From an uncultured Gemmatimonadales bacterium (GTDB lineage Bacteria > Gemmatimonadota > Gemmatimonadetes > Longimicrobiales > RSA9): a stretch of DNA of 64,000 nt. The notes below the pieces were generated by a model. It made no database searches and was not told the DNA's origin. It saw nothing but the letters and a program-made list of their open reading frames with translations. The stretch covers positions 192,001 through 256,000 of the forward strand of contig CAWFKH010000004.1 of NCBI GenBank assembly GCA_963816355.1, read 5' to 3'. Position numbers and translations under genes: made by a program. Below, piece after piece: positions 28,198 through 37,733 of this stretch; the first letter of the stretch is position 1, and each line of letters opens with the position of its first letter.

Positions 28198-29004
28198 TCA
28201 GCTCAGGCCCAGGACGTCGCGCATGCGGTAGCGGCCGGGGTCCCGGCCGGCGAGCCAGCGGGCGGCGAGCAGCGCCCCCTCCGCGAAGAGCGCCCGGTCG
28301 AGCGCCCGGTGGCCGAGCTCCACGACCTCGCGGCCGCCCAGGAAGAACACGCGGTGGTCGCCGGGCACCTCGCCCCCACGCAGCGCGTGGAACGCGATCT
28401 CGCCCCGCGGCCGCTCGCCGCCGCGGCCCGCGCGTCCATCGCGGCGCACCTCGGCGAGCACGTCGCCGCGGCCCCGGGCCACGGCGTCCCCGAGAGCGAT
28501 CGCCGTGCCGCTCGGCGCGTCCGCCTTGTGACGGTGGTGGACCTCCGCGATCTCGACGTCGTAGCGCTCGGCGGGCAGCGCCGCCGCCGCCGACTCGAGC
28601 AGCGCCAGCAGCACGTTGACGCCCACGCTGCAGTTCGCGGCGACGAGAACCGGGGCGCGCTCGGCGAGATCGTCGAGGCGATCCTCGATCCACGGCTCGA
28701 GCCCGGTCGTGCCCACGAGCAGTCCGCGCCCCGCGAGGGCCGCGCCGTGCTCGTCCAGGACGCGGGCGAGCTGGTCCAGCGCGGAGAAGTCGATCAGCAC
28801 GTCCGCCCCCTCGACGATCGGGCGCGCGGCGTCGACGCCGACGATGCGCGGATACCCGATCGCCCGCGCGTCCGCCTCCGGCCGCCCGCGGCGGGCGATG
28901 CCGCCCACCAGCTCGACCCCGCGCTGCTCCGCCGCAAGCGCCGCGAGCGCCGCGCCCATGCGGCCGGTGGCGCCCGAGACGCCGACGCGGAGCGGACCGC
29001 TCAA
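28198..29004 (-). CDS. dapB: 4-hydroxy-tetrahydrodipicolinate reductase
   Basis: GATGRMG, GTTG, EVHHRHKADAPSGTA; TTG start overlapping dapA stop. Confidence 0.95.
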   Translation of the reverse strand: MSGPLRVGVSGATGRMGAALAALAAEQRGVELVGGIARRGRPEADARAIGYPRIVGVDAARPIVEGADVLIDFSALDQLARVLDEHGAALAGRGLLVGTTGLEPWIEDRLDDLAERAPVLVAANCSVGVNVLLALLESAAAALPAERYDVEIAEVHHRHKADAPSGTAIALGDAVARGRGDVLAEVRRDGRAGRGGERPRGEIAFHALRGGEVPGDHRVFFLGGREVVELGHRALDRALFAEGALLAARWLAGRDPGRYRMRDVLGLS

Positions 29005-29897
29005 GATTCCCGCCGCACGCCGGCCCCCTCCAGCGCCCGCTCGAGGCGCCGCAGCGGCTCCGCTCCGATCTCCACCAGCGGCGCCCGGAGCGCCCCCACG
29101 TCGAAGCCGAGCCAGCCGACCGCGGCCTTCACCGGGATCGGGTTGGACTCGGCGAAGAGCGCGCCGATCAGCGGCAGGTAGCGCAGTTGCAGCGCGCGCG
29201 CGCCCGCGACGTCGCCGTCCAGGAACCGCGCCGTGAGGTCGTGCACCGCCGCGGGCACGACGTTGGCCAGGACGCTGATTACACCCCGGCCGCCGAGCGC
29301 CATGAGCGGCACGATCTGGTCGTCGTTGCCGCTCCAGATCGCGAGACGATCCCCGACGCGGCGCGCCAGCTCGGCGACCTGCGAGATGTCGCCCGACGCC
29401 TCCTTGACCCCGATCACCCGGTCGTCCGCCTCGGCCAGCGCCTCGATCGTCTCGGGCAGGATGTTGACCGCGGTACGGCCCGGCACGTTGTAGACGATCG
29501 CCGGCAGGTCCGAGCGGTCGAGCACGGTGCGGTAGTGCGCGAGCAGGCCCCGCTGCGGCGGCTTGTTGTACGGCGGCGCGCTCACCAGCAGCCCGTCCGC
29601 CCCCGCCGCAGCCGCCGCTTCGCCGAGCGCGGCAACCGCCACCGTGTCGCTGCCGCCGCACCCCACGATGACGGGCAGGCGGTGGTCGTTCTCGTCGACG
29701 ACGATCTCCACCGCACGTCGCTGCTCCGCCGGCGTCATCGTCGCCGCCTCGCCCGTCGAGCCGCACACGACGAGCGCGTCCGTGCCCTCGCGGTGGTGGA
29801 AGCGGACGAGCGCCCGTAGCGGCGCCTCGGCGACGCCGCCGGAATCGAACGGCGTCACCAGCGCGACGCCCGAACCGTCGAAACGTGGATCCGTCAT
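29001..29897 (-). CDS. dapA: 4-hydroxy-tetrahydrodipicolinate synthase
   Basis: GSTGE, PPYNKP, YNVPGRT, GVKEASG, ESNPIPVK. Confidence 0.95.
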   Translation of the reverse strand: MTDPRFDGSGVALVTPFDSGGVAEAPLRALVRFHHREGTDALVVCGSTGEAATMTPAEQRRAVEIVVDENDHRLPVIVGCGGSDTVAVAALGEAAAAAGADGLLVSAPPYNKPPQRGLLAHYRTVLDRSDLPAIVYNVPGRTAVNILPETIEALAEADDRVIGVKEASGDISQVAELARRVGDRLAIWSGNDDQIVPLMALGGRGVISVLANVVPAAVHDLTARFLDGDVAGARALQLRYLPLIGALFAESNPIPVKAAVGWLGFDVGALRAPLVEIGAEPLRRLERALEGAGVRRES

Positions 29898-30268
29898 CAC
29901 GGGTTGTTCAAATCCTGGAGGTCGCCCGGCTCCACGTCCGAGCCGCTGGAGTCCGCCGCCAGGTCGCGCTCGGTCGTCTCCTGGAAATCGTCCTCCGCCT
30001 CGTCGCCGCGTCCCGGAGCGCCCGCGCTGAAGCTGCGGAAAACGCCGTTCCCGCAGCGGTCACACACCAGCTCGTCCGGCGGCTCGCCCTCGAACGGATA
30101 CTCCCGGCCGCACTCGACGCAGACGAGCACCGTCACTTCCGCGACCGGCTCGCCCTGGTCCGCCAGGGCGCGGTCGCGGTCGTCGTCGCCGGTCGTCGGG
30201 CGGATCATGCGCTCGCGCGGGGCGCGCGCATCCTCCGACCGCGCGTCCCGCCGCTCCGTGTCTGCCAT
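29897..30268 (-). CDS. Acidic zinc-ribbon hypothetical protein
   Basis: GAGGAGG RBS; CVEC...CDRC; stop overlaps dapA start. Confidence 0.75.
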   Translation of the reverse strand: MADTERRDARSEDARAPRERMIRPTTGDDDRDRALADQGEPVAEVTVLVCVECGREYPFEGEPPDELVCDRCGNGVFRSFSAGAPGRGDEAEDDFQETTERDLAADSSGSDVEPGDLQDLNNP

Positions 30269-30335
30269 TGCTGCCTCCTCGTGCCGGTCGATGTTGCCGC
30301 GTTCCGTCCGCCGTGGGACCCCTGCGCCGCCGTCC

Positions 30336-31343
30336 TCAGCCGGCCGTGTCCGCGCTGAACGTCGTCGCGCTGAGGCCCATGCGCGCCCGCACCTCGCGCA
30401 TCGTCTCCTCCGCCAGGCGGCGCGCCCGCGCGGCGCCGTCGCCCAGCACGTCGCGCACGGTCGCCGGCCGCGCGCGCAGCTCGGCGGCGCGCTCGCGTAC
30501 CGCCGCGAACGTGGTGGCGATGCCCTCCGCCAGGAGGTGCTTGCAGTCGACGCAGCCGATCTGCGCCGTGCGGCACTCGACGCCGATCTCCGCCACGCGC
30601 GCCTCGGGCGTGAAGTAGCGGTGCAGGGAGAAGACGTTGCAGACTTCGGGCCGCCCCGGGTCGGAACGCCGCACCCGCTGCGGGTCGGTCACCGCGGTCC
30701 GTACCTTCGCCCGGATCTCCTCCGGCGCGTCGAGGATGCCGACCGCGTTGCCTCGCGACTTGCTCATCTTCGCGTCGCCATCGAGGCCGAGCACGCGGCC
30801 CACGTCGCTGACGATCGGCTCCGGCTCGGGGAAGTAGTCGCCGAACTTGTTGTTCCAGCGGCGCGCGATGTCGCGCGTCAGCTCGAGGTGCTGCAACTGA
30901 TCCTCCCCCACCGGCACGGCCTCGGCGCGGTACATCAGGATGTCGGCGGCCTGCAGGATCGGGTAGTTGAGGAGGCCGGCGGGGACCGACTCCATGCCGG
31001 CGGTCTTGTCCTTGAACTGGGTCATGCGCTCCAGCTCGCCGACCGGCGTGACGGTGTTCAGCAGCCACATCAGCTCGGCGTGCTGCGGCACGTCCGACTG
31101 CACGAAGAGCGTGCAGCGATCCGGGTCGAGCCCCACCGCGAGCAGGATGGTCCCCATCTCGGCCGTCCGCTCCCGCAGCGACGCGGCGTCGTAGCCGCCG
31201 GTGAGCGCGTGGTAGTCCACGACCGCGTAGGTGCACTCCGCCTCCTCCTGCAGACGCACCCACTGGCGCAGCGCGCCGAGGTAGTTGCCGAGGTGCGCTT
31301 CGCCCGTCGGCTGAATGCCGCTGAACACCCGTCGTTTCTTCAT
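30336..31343 (-). CDS. trpS: Tryptophanyl-tRNA synthetase
   Basis: SGIQPTG, HLGN, VPVGEDQ, KMSKS. Confidence 0.98.
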   Translation of the reverse strand: MKKRRVFSGIQPTGEAHLGNYLGALRQWVRLQEEAECTYAVVDYHALTGGYDAASLRERTAEMGTILLAVGLDPDRCTLFVQSDVPQHAELMWLLNTVTPVGELERMTQFKDKTAGMESVPAGLLNYPILQAADILMYRAEAVPVGEDQLQHLELTRDIARRWNNKFGDYFPEPEPIVSDVGRVLGLDGDAKMSKSRGNAVGILDAPEEIRAKVRTAVTDPQRVRRSDPGRPEVCNVFSLHRYFTPEARVAEIGVECRTAQIGCVDCKHLLAEGIATTFAAVRERAAELRARPATVRDVLGDGAARARRLAEETMREVRARMGLSATTFSADTAG

Positions 31344-31444
31344 CCATCTCCGTTCGCACGCAGGTCGCCGGCCCGCCCCTCGCTGGCCGGATGCCGGCCG
31401 GCGCGTAAATTACCACGACCTCACAGACGATCCAAGGAGACGCA

Positions 31445-32302
31445 GTGCAGCCGGATACGCTCCTCGACACCGCGCTCGCCGCCGCCCGCGCCGCCGCCCG
31501 CATCCAGTCGCTTCACCGCGGCCGGATCGGCGTCGAGGAGTGGGGCGAGAAGGGCCACTTCGATTTCGTCTCGCGCGTCGACCGGGAGGCGGAGCGCCGC
31601 GTCGTCGAGGTGGTCCGCGAGCGCTTCCCCCGCCACGAGTTCCTCGCCGAGGAGGCGACCGTCGCCCACGCCGCGATCCCCGCGCCGGGCGACGAGAGCG
31701 GCCCCGAATGGCTGTGGGTGGTCGATCCGCTCGATGGAACGACCAACTACCTGCATCGGTACCCCATGCACGCCGCTTCCGTCGCGGTGCTGCACCGCGG
31801 CGAAGCCGTCGCGGGCGCCGTCGTCGCCCCGGCCACCGGCGAGGAGTGGACCGCCCTGCGCGGGCAGGGCGCATTCCGCAACGGCGAGCCGATCGCCGTC
31901 TCCGGGATCGGACAGCTGCGGCACGCGCTCGTCGGCACCGGCTTCCCTTTCCGCGTGCCGCGCCTGATCGACGGCTACCTGCGGCAGCTCGATGCGGCGC
32001 TGCGCTCCGTATCCGGCGTTCGACGCGCCGGCTCGGCGGCCCTCGACCTCTGCCACGTCGCGAGCGGCTGGTTCGACGGCTTCTGGGAGCTCGTCCTTGC
32101 CCCGTGGGACATCGCCGCCGGCACGCTCCTCGTGCGGGAAGCCGGCGGCATCGTGAGCACGCTCGACGGCGACGCCGACGTCCTCCGCGGCGACGGCACC
32201 GTGCTCGCGGGCAACCCGGCGCTTCACGCGGCGCTCGGCGAGCTGGTGAGAAACGCGTGGCCGCAGGCGGCCGCGACCGTCGCGGCCGCCGCGGCGAACT
32301 GA
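31445..32302 (+). CDS. suhB: Inositol monophosphatase family protein
   Basis: DPLDGTTNY, RRAGSAALD, PWDIAAG. Confidence 0.9.
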   Translation: MQPDTLLDTALAAARAAARIQSLHRGRIGVEEWGEKGHFDFVSRVDREAERRVVEVVRERFPRHEFLAEEATVAHAAIPAPGDESGPEWLWVVDPLDGTTNYLHRYPMHAASVAVLHRGEAVAGAVVAPATGEEWTALRGQGAFRNGEPIAVSGIGQLRHALVGTGFPFRVPRLIDGYLRQLDAALRSVSGVRRAGSAALDLCHVASGWFDGFWELVLAPWDIAAGTLLVREAGGIVSTLDGDADVLRGDGTVLAGNPALHAALGELVRNAWPQAAATVAAAAAN

Positions 32303-32324
32303 GGCGGACTCGGATCGGAGCAGG

Positions 32325-34550
32325 ATGGCGAAGGCGAAGGCGAAGGGTTCCGGAAGGCTGCAGTCGCTGCGGCGATGGGCGCGCGCGCATCCGCGCGCCA
32401 TCGCGATCCTCGTCGTCACGCTGGTGGGCGCGGCCGCGGCCCTCGCCGGCATCGCGCTCGGGACGTGGCGCAACGTGTGCAGCAGCTGCCCCTCCGTCGC
32501 GCAGATCTACACGTACGAGCCGAAGCAGGCGACCAAGATCCTCGATCACGACGGCGCGCTCATCGCAGAGCTGTACCAGGAGCGGCGCACGCCGGTGAAA
32601 CTGTCGCAGTTGCCGGAGCTCGTGCCCGCCACCTTCGTCGCCGTCGAGGACCGGCGCTTCTACCGCCACCACGGCTTCGACTGGATCCGTACGGCCAGCG
32701 CGCTCGTCGGCAACGTGCTGCACGGGCACGTGTTCAGCGGCTTCACCGGGGGTGGCAGCACGATCACGCAGCAGCTCGCGCGCAACATGTTCAAGCAGCA
32801 CATCGGCTTCAGGCAGCGCTACACGCGCAAGCTGCGAGAGCTGCACGTTGCGCTCGAGCTCGAGCAGGTCTACAGCAAGAAGCAGATCCTCGAGGCGTAC
32901 CTCAACCAGATCAACTTCGGCCACGGCTGGTACGGCCTCGAGACCGCCGCCCAGCACTACTTCGGCAAGTCCGCTCGGGATCTCGACGCCGCCGAGACCG
33001 CGCTCCTGGCGGCGCTGCCGAAAGCGCCCTCCCGCTACGACCCGCTGGAGCACCCGCAGCGCGCCACGGCCCGCCGCGACCTCGTGCTCTCGATCATGGC
33101 GGACCAGCACGTCATCACCGAGCAGGAAGCCGCGCGCGCCAAGCGGGAGCCGGTGCCGAGCGAGGCGCACGGCCTCGACGAGGGCACGTTCGCGCCGTAC
33201 TTCGTCGAATGGGTGCGCAAGATCCTCGACGACCGCTACGGCAGCGACATCTATCAGGAGGGCTACCGCGTCTACACGACGCTCGACCTCGGGATGCAGA
33301 AGGCGGCCAACGAGGCGATGGAGTACGGCTGGAAGCGGATCGAGAGCCAGCCCCGCTACCACTGGCCCACCTACGCCGAGGTCCACGATTCGGCGACGAG
33401 CACCGAGAGCGCCTCCACCCGCTACGTTCAGGGCGTCTTCATCGCCATCGAACCGAAGAGCGGCGAGGTGCGCGCCCTCATCGGCGGCCGCGACTTCCAC
33501 GACTCGAAGTTCAACCGCGCGACGCAGGCGCTCCGCCAGCCCGGCTCGGCCTTCAAGCCGTTCGTCTATTCCGCCGCCGTCGCGAGCGGCATTCCCGCCT
33601 CGCACATCGTCGTCGACCAGCCGCTCGAGATCCCGCTCGAGACCGGCGACGTCTACTCGCCGCGCAACTACGAGCGCGAGTTCATGGGCCCGGTCACGCT
33701 GCGCGAGGCGCTGATGAAGTCGATCAACACGGTCGCCGTCCAGCTCGCGCTGGACGTCGGCCTCGAGAGCGTAGCGCAGTACGCGCACCGCATGGGAATC
33801 CGCACCCCGATCCCGCGCTACCCCTCGATCGCGATCGGGTCACCGGACGTCATTCCGCTCCAGATCGCCGGCGCCTACACGACGTTCGCCAACCTCGGCA
33901 CGCACGTCGAGCCGCGCCCGATCCTCCGCGTCGAGGACGCGCAGGGCCGCGTCCTCTGGGACACGCGCCCCGAAACGCGGCAGGTCATGGACTCCGCGCA
34001 CGCCTACATCGTGACCGACATGATGCGCGACGTCGTCGACCACGGCACCGGCTACAACGCGCGCAATCCTCAGCTCGGCAACCTGCCCTACTCCGTCCCC
34101 GTCGCGGGGAAGACCGGCACGACCAACGACGCCACGGACGTCTGGTTCGTCGGCTTCACGCCGGATCTGCTCGCGGCCGTGTGGTTCGGCTTCGACCAGC
34201 CGAAGAAGATCATCCCGGGCGCGGCCGGCGGCGTCTACGCGGCGCCGGTCTTCGGCCGCTTCATGCGGAAGGTCTACATCGACGGCACGGAGGGGGATTC
34301 GCTGCTCCCGGTGCCGGATCCGTGGAGGATGCCGGACGAGCTGATCACACGGGAGATCGACGACGAGTCCGGCCAGCTCGCGACGCAGTGGTGCCCCAGC
34401 GACCACGTGCGCGAGGAGATCTACATCCCCGGCACCGAGCCGACGACCGCGTGCGATCTCCACGGTCCCGGCATCCTCGGCGTCCCGCTGCGCCCGCGCG
34501 TGCCGGCGATCGACCAGCGGCCGCGCCCGGACACGACTTCGCACCGCTGA
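32325..34550 (+). CDS. Class A penicillin-binding protein (PBP1A family)
   Basis: TM anchor; EDRRFYRH, GGSTITQQL, RKLRE; SAFK, SIN, KTGT. Confidence 0.95.
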   Translation: MAKAKAKGSGRLQSLRRWARAHPRAIAILVVTLVGAAAALAGIALGTWRNVCSSCPSVAQIYTYEPKQATKILDHDGALIAELYQERRTPVKLSQLPELVPATFVAVEDRRFYRHHGFDWIRTASALVGNVLHGHVFSGFTGGGSTITQQLARNMFKQHIGFRQRYTRKLRELHVALELEQVYSKKQILEAYLNQINFGHGWYGLETAAQHYFGKSARDLDAAETALLAALPKAPSRYDPLEHPQRATARRDLVLSIMADQHVITEQEAARAKREPVPSEAHGLDEGTFAPYFVEWVRKILDDRYGSDIYQEGYRVYTTLDLGMQKAANEAMEYGWKRIESQPRYHWPTYAEVHDSATSTESASTRYVQGVFIAIEPKSGEVRALIGGRDFHDSKFNRATQALRQPGSAFKPFVYSAAVASGIPASHIVVDQPLEIPLETGDVYSPRNYEREFMGPVTLREALMKSINTVAVQLALDVGLESVAQYAHRMGIRTPIPRYPSIAIGSPDVIPLQIAGAYTTFANLGTHVEPRPILRVEDAQGRVLWDTRPETRQVMDSAHAYIVTDMMRDVVDHGTGYNARNPQLGNLPYSVPVAGKTGTTNDATDVWFVGFTPDLLAAVWFGFDQPKKIIPGAAGGVYAAPVFGRFMRKVYIDGTEGDSLLPVPDPWRMPDELITREIDDESGQLATQWCPSDHVREEIYIPGTEPTTACDLHGPGILGVPLRPRVPAIDQRPRPDTTSHR

Positions 34551-34556
34551 GCCTCC

Positions 34557-35204
34557 TCAGCGGTCCGGCGCCTCGTCCGCGCGCTTCGCGGGCAGCAGTT
34601 CCACGGCACGCCAGCAGTACCAGCTCACGGCGCTGCGCCACGGCCGGTAGCCGGTCCCGATCAGCTCCGCCTCGCGCGGCGCTGGAGCCGACGCCGTTCC
34701 CAGCACCCGCCCCAGACCCGCGCGCACCCCCAGGTCGCCGACCGGCCAGACGTCCGGCCGCCTCAGGTCGAAGAGCAGGAACATCTCGGCCGTCCACCGC
34801 CCCACGCCGCGAACGCGAATCAGTCGCTGCACCACCTCCTCGTCCGACAGCTCGGCCCACCCGCTCAGCCGCACCTCGCCCGAGGCGACCTTCTCCGCCA
34901 GGTCCCGGATCGCCGCCATCTTGTTGCGCGACAGGCCCGCGCCGCGCAACCGCTCCTCCGGCGCCGCGAGCACCGCCGCCGGCGTCACCTCCCCCTCCAC
35001 GGCCGCCACGAAGCGGCCGTGAATCGTGAGCGCCGCCTTGCCGGCGAGCTGCTGATAGACGATCGCCGCCGCGAGCGACTGGAACGGATCCCCGCGCGGC
35101 GGCCGCAGCCGCACCGGCCCGACCCGCTCGACCAGCGGACCGAACGCCGGATCGGTCCGCAGCCGCTCCGTCGCTTCCGCCCACACCGCCTCCGACTGTG
35201 CCAT
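34557..35204 (-). CDS. alkA: DNA-3-methyladenine glycosylase II family (HhH-GPD)
   Basis: IVYQQL, RGVGRWTAEM, PVGDLGV, PWRS. Confidence 0.88.
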   Translation of the reverse strand: MAQSEAVWAEATERLRTDPAFGPLVERVGPVRLRPPRGDPFQSLAAAIVYQQLAGKAALTIHGRFVAAVEGEVTPAAVLAAPEERLRGAGLSRNKMAAIRDLAEKVASGEVRLSGWAELSDEEVVQRLIRVRGVGRWTAEMFLLFDLRRPDVWPVGDLGVRAGLGRVLGTASAPAPREAELIGTGYRPWRSAVSWYCWRAVELLPAKRADEAPDR

Positions 35205-35244
35205 CACGCCTCCGCTCGTGCCGGGGCGGTCGCGACCCGGACCG

Positions 35245-36171
35245 TCACGACCGCCGCGCGTCCGTCCCGGCGCCGCGCCGCGCGCCCTCGCCGCTCAGCT
35301 CCCGCGCCACCTCGACTCCGGACGTCGTCACGGCGATCCAGAAGACGCCGGCTAGATATCCGGCGAGCACGTCCGAAGGGTAGTGGACGCCGAGTACGAT
35401 GCGGCTCGTGCCGATCAACAGGATCGCCGCCGCCGCCCCCGCGACGATCGCGAAGGTGCCTCCCCAACCGGTGCGCCCGTAGCGCACCGCGATGTAGGCG
35501 AGCGTGCCGTAGAGCACCACGGCGTCCATCGCGTGGCCGCTCGGAAAGCTCCAGCTCGTCGGCGCGATGATCGGGAAGAGGTGCTGCGGCCGCGGCCGCT
35601 GGACGATCGCCTTCAGCGTGACGTCGATCAGCTTTCCACCCACCACCGTCACCACCCAGCCGATCGCCACCAGACGCCGGCCGCGCAGCAGCAGCAGGAG
35701 CGTGACGCCGGCCACCACCGTCACCATCGCCTTCACGCTGCCCAGCGACGTGATCGCGCCGAAGACGCCGATCTCGGCCGGCGCTACCTGCCGCGTGATC
35801 TGCGACGCCACGGCCGCGTCCACCGCGCGCACCTCGTCGCGCTCGCGCACCCCCCACGCCAGCTCGTCGAACGCCGAGATCGCGAACGCCGCGAGCACGA
35901 GACCGACGGCGACGTGGATCAGCAGATACACGTACGGGCCGACGCGGCGCTTCCGGCCGCCCCGGCCCCGCAGCAGCACGCGCAGCGGCCAGCGCGCCCG
36001 CGCCCAGCGCCAGCCCCGGTCAAGAATTCCCCGCACGCGCCAGATCGCCCACGCGGCCAGACGCGCCAGCAGCAGGAGCGCTCCGACCGCGACCACGACG
36101 GCGACCACGGCGGCAAGGATGATCGCCACGGCGTGGTGAATCGCCCACTCCAGAAGCGAGCTCTCCGCCAT
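35245..36171 (-). CDS. Membrane PAP2 family phosphatase
   Basis: K-x6-RP, SFPSGH, SRIVLGVHYPSD. Confidence 0.92.
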   Translation of the reverse strand: MAESSLLEWAIHHAVAIILAAVVAVVVAVGALLLLARLAAWAIWRVRGILDRGWRWARARWPLRVLLRGRGGRKRRVGPYVYLLIHVAVGLVLAAFAISAFDELAWGVRERDEVRAVDAAVASQITRQVAPAEIGVFGAITSLGSVKAMVTVVAGVTLLLLLRGRRLVAIGWVVTVVGGKLIDVTLKAIVQRPRPQHLFPIIAPTSWSFPSGHAMDAVVLYGTLAYIAVRYGRTGWGGTFAIVAGAAAAILLIGTSRIVLGVHYPSDVLAGYLAGVFWIAVTTSGVEVARELSGEGARRGAGTDARRS

Positions 36172-36180
36172 CGCGCGGCG

Positions 36181-36399
36181 CTACCCCGTCCCGGCGTACC
36201 GGCGGTAGGCGACGCCGCGAGTGTCGAGCGCGCTGCACAGCGCCGCGACGTCGTCGTCCAGCACCTCGAGCGCGAGGTCGCAGCGCGCGCCGGAGTCCGG
36301 CGGCGAGTGGACCACCTGGACGCCCAGGCGCTCGGCCCCCGCGATCTGCTCCGCCCACAGCGCGTGGTGCGTCGTGTCGAACGTCAGGATCGCGCTCAT
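36181..36399 (-). CDS. DUF3343-like small protein
   Basis: FDTTHHALWAE...PP...CDLAL pattern; ATGA-coupled to upstream gene. Confidence 0.75.
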   Translation of the reverse strand: MSAILTFDTTHHALWAEQIAGAERLGVQVVHSPPDSGARCDLALEVLDDDVAALCSALDTRGVAYRRYAGTG

Positions 36400-37733
36400 G
36401 CGTCGGCGGCCGCGGCGAGCGTCTCCACTCCCGCGGCGCTCACGCGATGCGACACCAGCGGCAGGGGGGCCGCCATCCCCTCGCCGACCTCGATCGCCGC
36501 GCGCAGCGCCGCAGCGCCGGCCACCGCCGCCGCCTCGGTGCGAGCGAGCACGACACCGAGCGCATCGCCGCGCTCGACCCGATCGCCGGGCCGGGCAAGG
36601 ACGCGGAACCCGACCGCGGGGTCGATCTCCGCATCGCGCGTGCGGCGTCCCGCGCCCAGCGCGACCGCCGCTTCGCCGATCGCGCGTGCCGCGACGCGGG
36701 TCACGCGCCCTGCCCGCTCCGCGCTCACCACCCGCTCGACGGGGGCGCTCGGGAGGCGCGAGACGTCGTCGAGCGCACGCGGGTCTCCACCCTGCGCCTC
36801 CACGATGCGGCGCATCTGCTCGAGGGCGCGACCGTCGTCCAGCGCCGCCGCCGCGATCGAGCGCCCGGTCGCCGCGTCAGCGGCCGCGCCACCCAGGCGC
36901 AGCATCTCCGCCGCGAGCGCCAGCGTGACCTCCCGAAGATCGGCAGGTCCGCCGCCGTGCAGCGCCGCGATCGCCTCCGCCGTCTCGACCGCGTTGCCCA
37001 CCGCCTCGCCCAGCGGCCTGTCCATCGCGGTCACCAGCGCGACCACCTCGCGGCCGTACGCCGATCCGATGCCAATCATCGTGCGCGCCAGCGCGAGCGC
37101 CACCTCCAGCTCCGGCAGGAAGGCGCCGTCGCCGCGCTTGATGTCGAGCACGAGCGCGTCGATCCCTTCCGCCAGCTTCTTGCTCATGATCGAGGAGGCG
37201 ATGAGGGGGATCGACTCGACGGTCGCCGTCACGTCGCGCAACGCGTACAGCTCCCGGTCGAGCGGCGCGATCTCCGCCGTCTGGCCGATCAGCGCGCACC
37301 CCACGGCGTCCAACTGGGCGCGGAAGCGGCCGAGGTCCAGGTCCGTGCGAAAGCCCGGGATCGTCTCCAGCTTGTCCAGCGTGCCGCCGGTGTGGCCGAG
37401 GCCGCGGCCGCTCATCATCGGCACCGCGACGCCGAGCGAGGAAACGAGCGGCGCCAGCACCAGCGAGACCTTGTCCCCCACGCCGCCGGTCGAATGCTTG
37501 TCGACGCGTCCCGTCCCCGTCGGCTCGAGGACCGCGCCGGACCGCAGCATCACCTCCACCAGCGCCGCGAGCTCCGCCTCGTCGAGCCCCCTGAAGTAGA
37601 CCGCCATCAGGAACGCCGACACCTGATAATCCGTCACCGTCTCCGCGGCGAAGCCCTCGAAGAACTCCCGGATCTCCCCTGGTTCGAGCGCACCGCCGTC
37701 CCGCTTTCGGCGGATCAGTTGGTAGGGAATCAT
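36396..37733 (-). CDS. pdp: Pyrimidine-nucleoside/thymidine phosphorylase
   Basis: DKHSTGGVGDK, SGRGLGHTGGTLDKLE, LYALRD, SIMSKK. Confidence 0.95.
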   Translation of the reverse strand: MIPYQLIRRKRDGGALEPGEIREFFEGFAAETVTDYQVSAFLMAVYFRGLDEAELAALVEVMLRSGAVLEPTGTGRVDKHSTGGVGDKVSLVLAPLVSSLGVAVPMMSGRGLGHTGGTLDKLETIPGFRTDLDLGRFRAQLDAVGCALIGQTAEIAPLDRELYALRDVTATVESIPLIASSIMSKKLAEGIDALVLDIKRGDGAFLPELEVALALARTMIGIGSAYGREVVALVTAMDRPLGEAVGNAVETAEAIAALHGGGPADLREVTLALAAEMLRLGGAAADAATGRSIAAAALDDGRALEQMRRIVEAQGGDPRALDDVSRLPSAPVERVVSAERAGRVTRVAARAIGEAAVALGAGRRTRDAEIDPAVGFRVLARPGDRVERGDALGVVLARTEAAAVAGAAALRAAIEVGEGMAAPLPLVSHRVSAAGVETLAAAADA

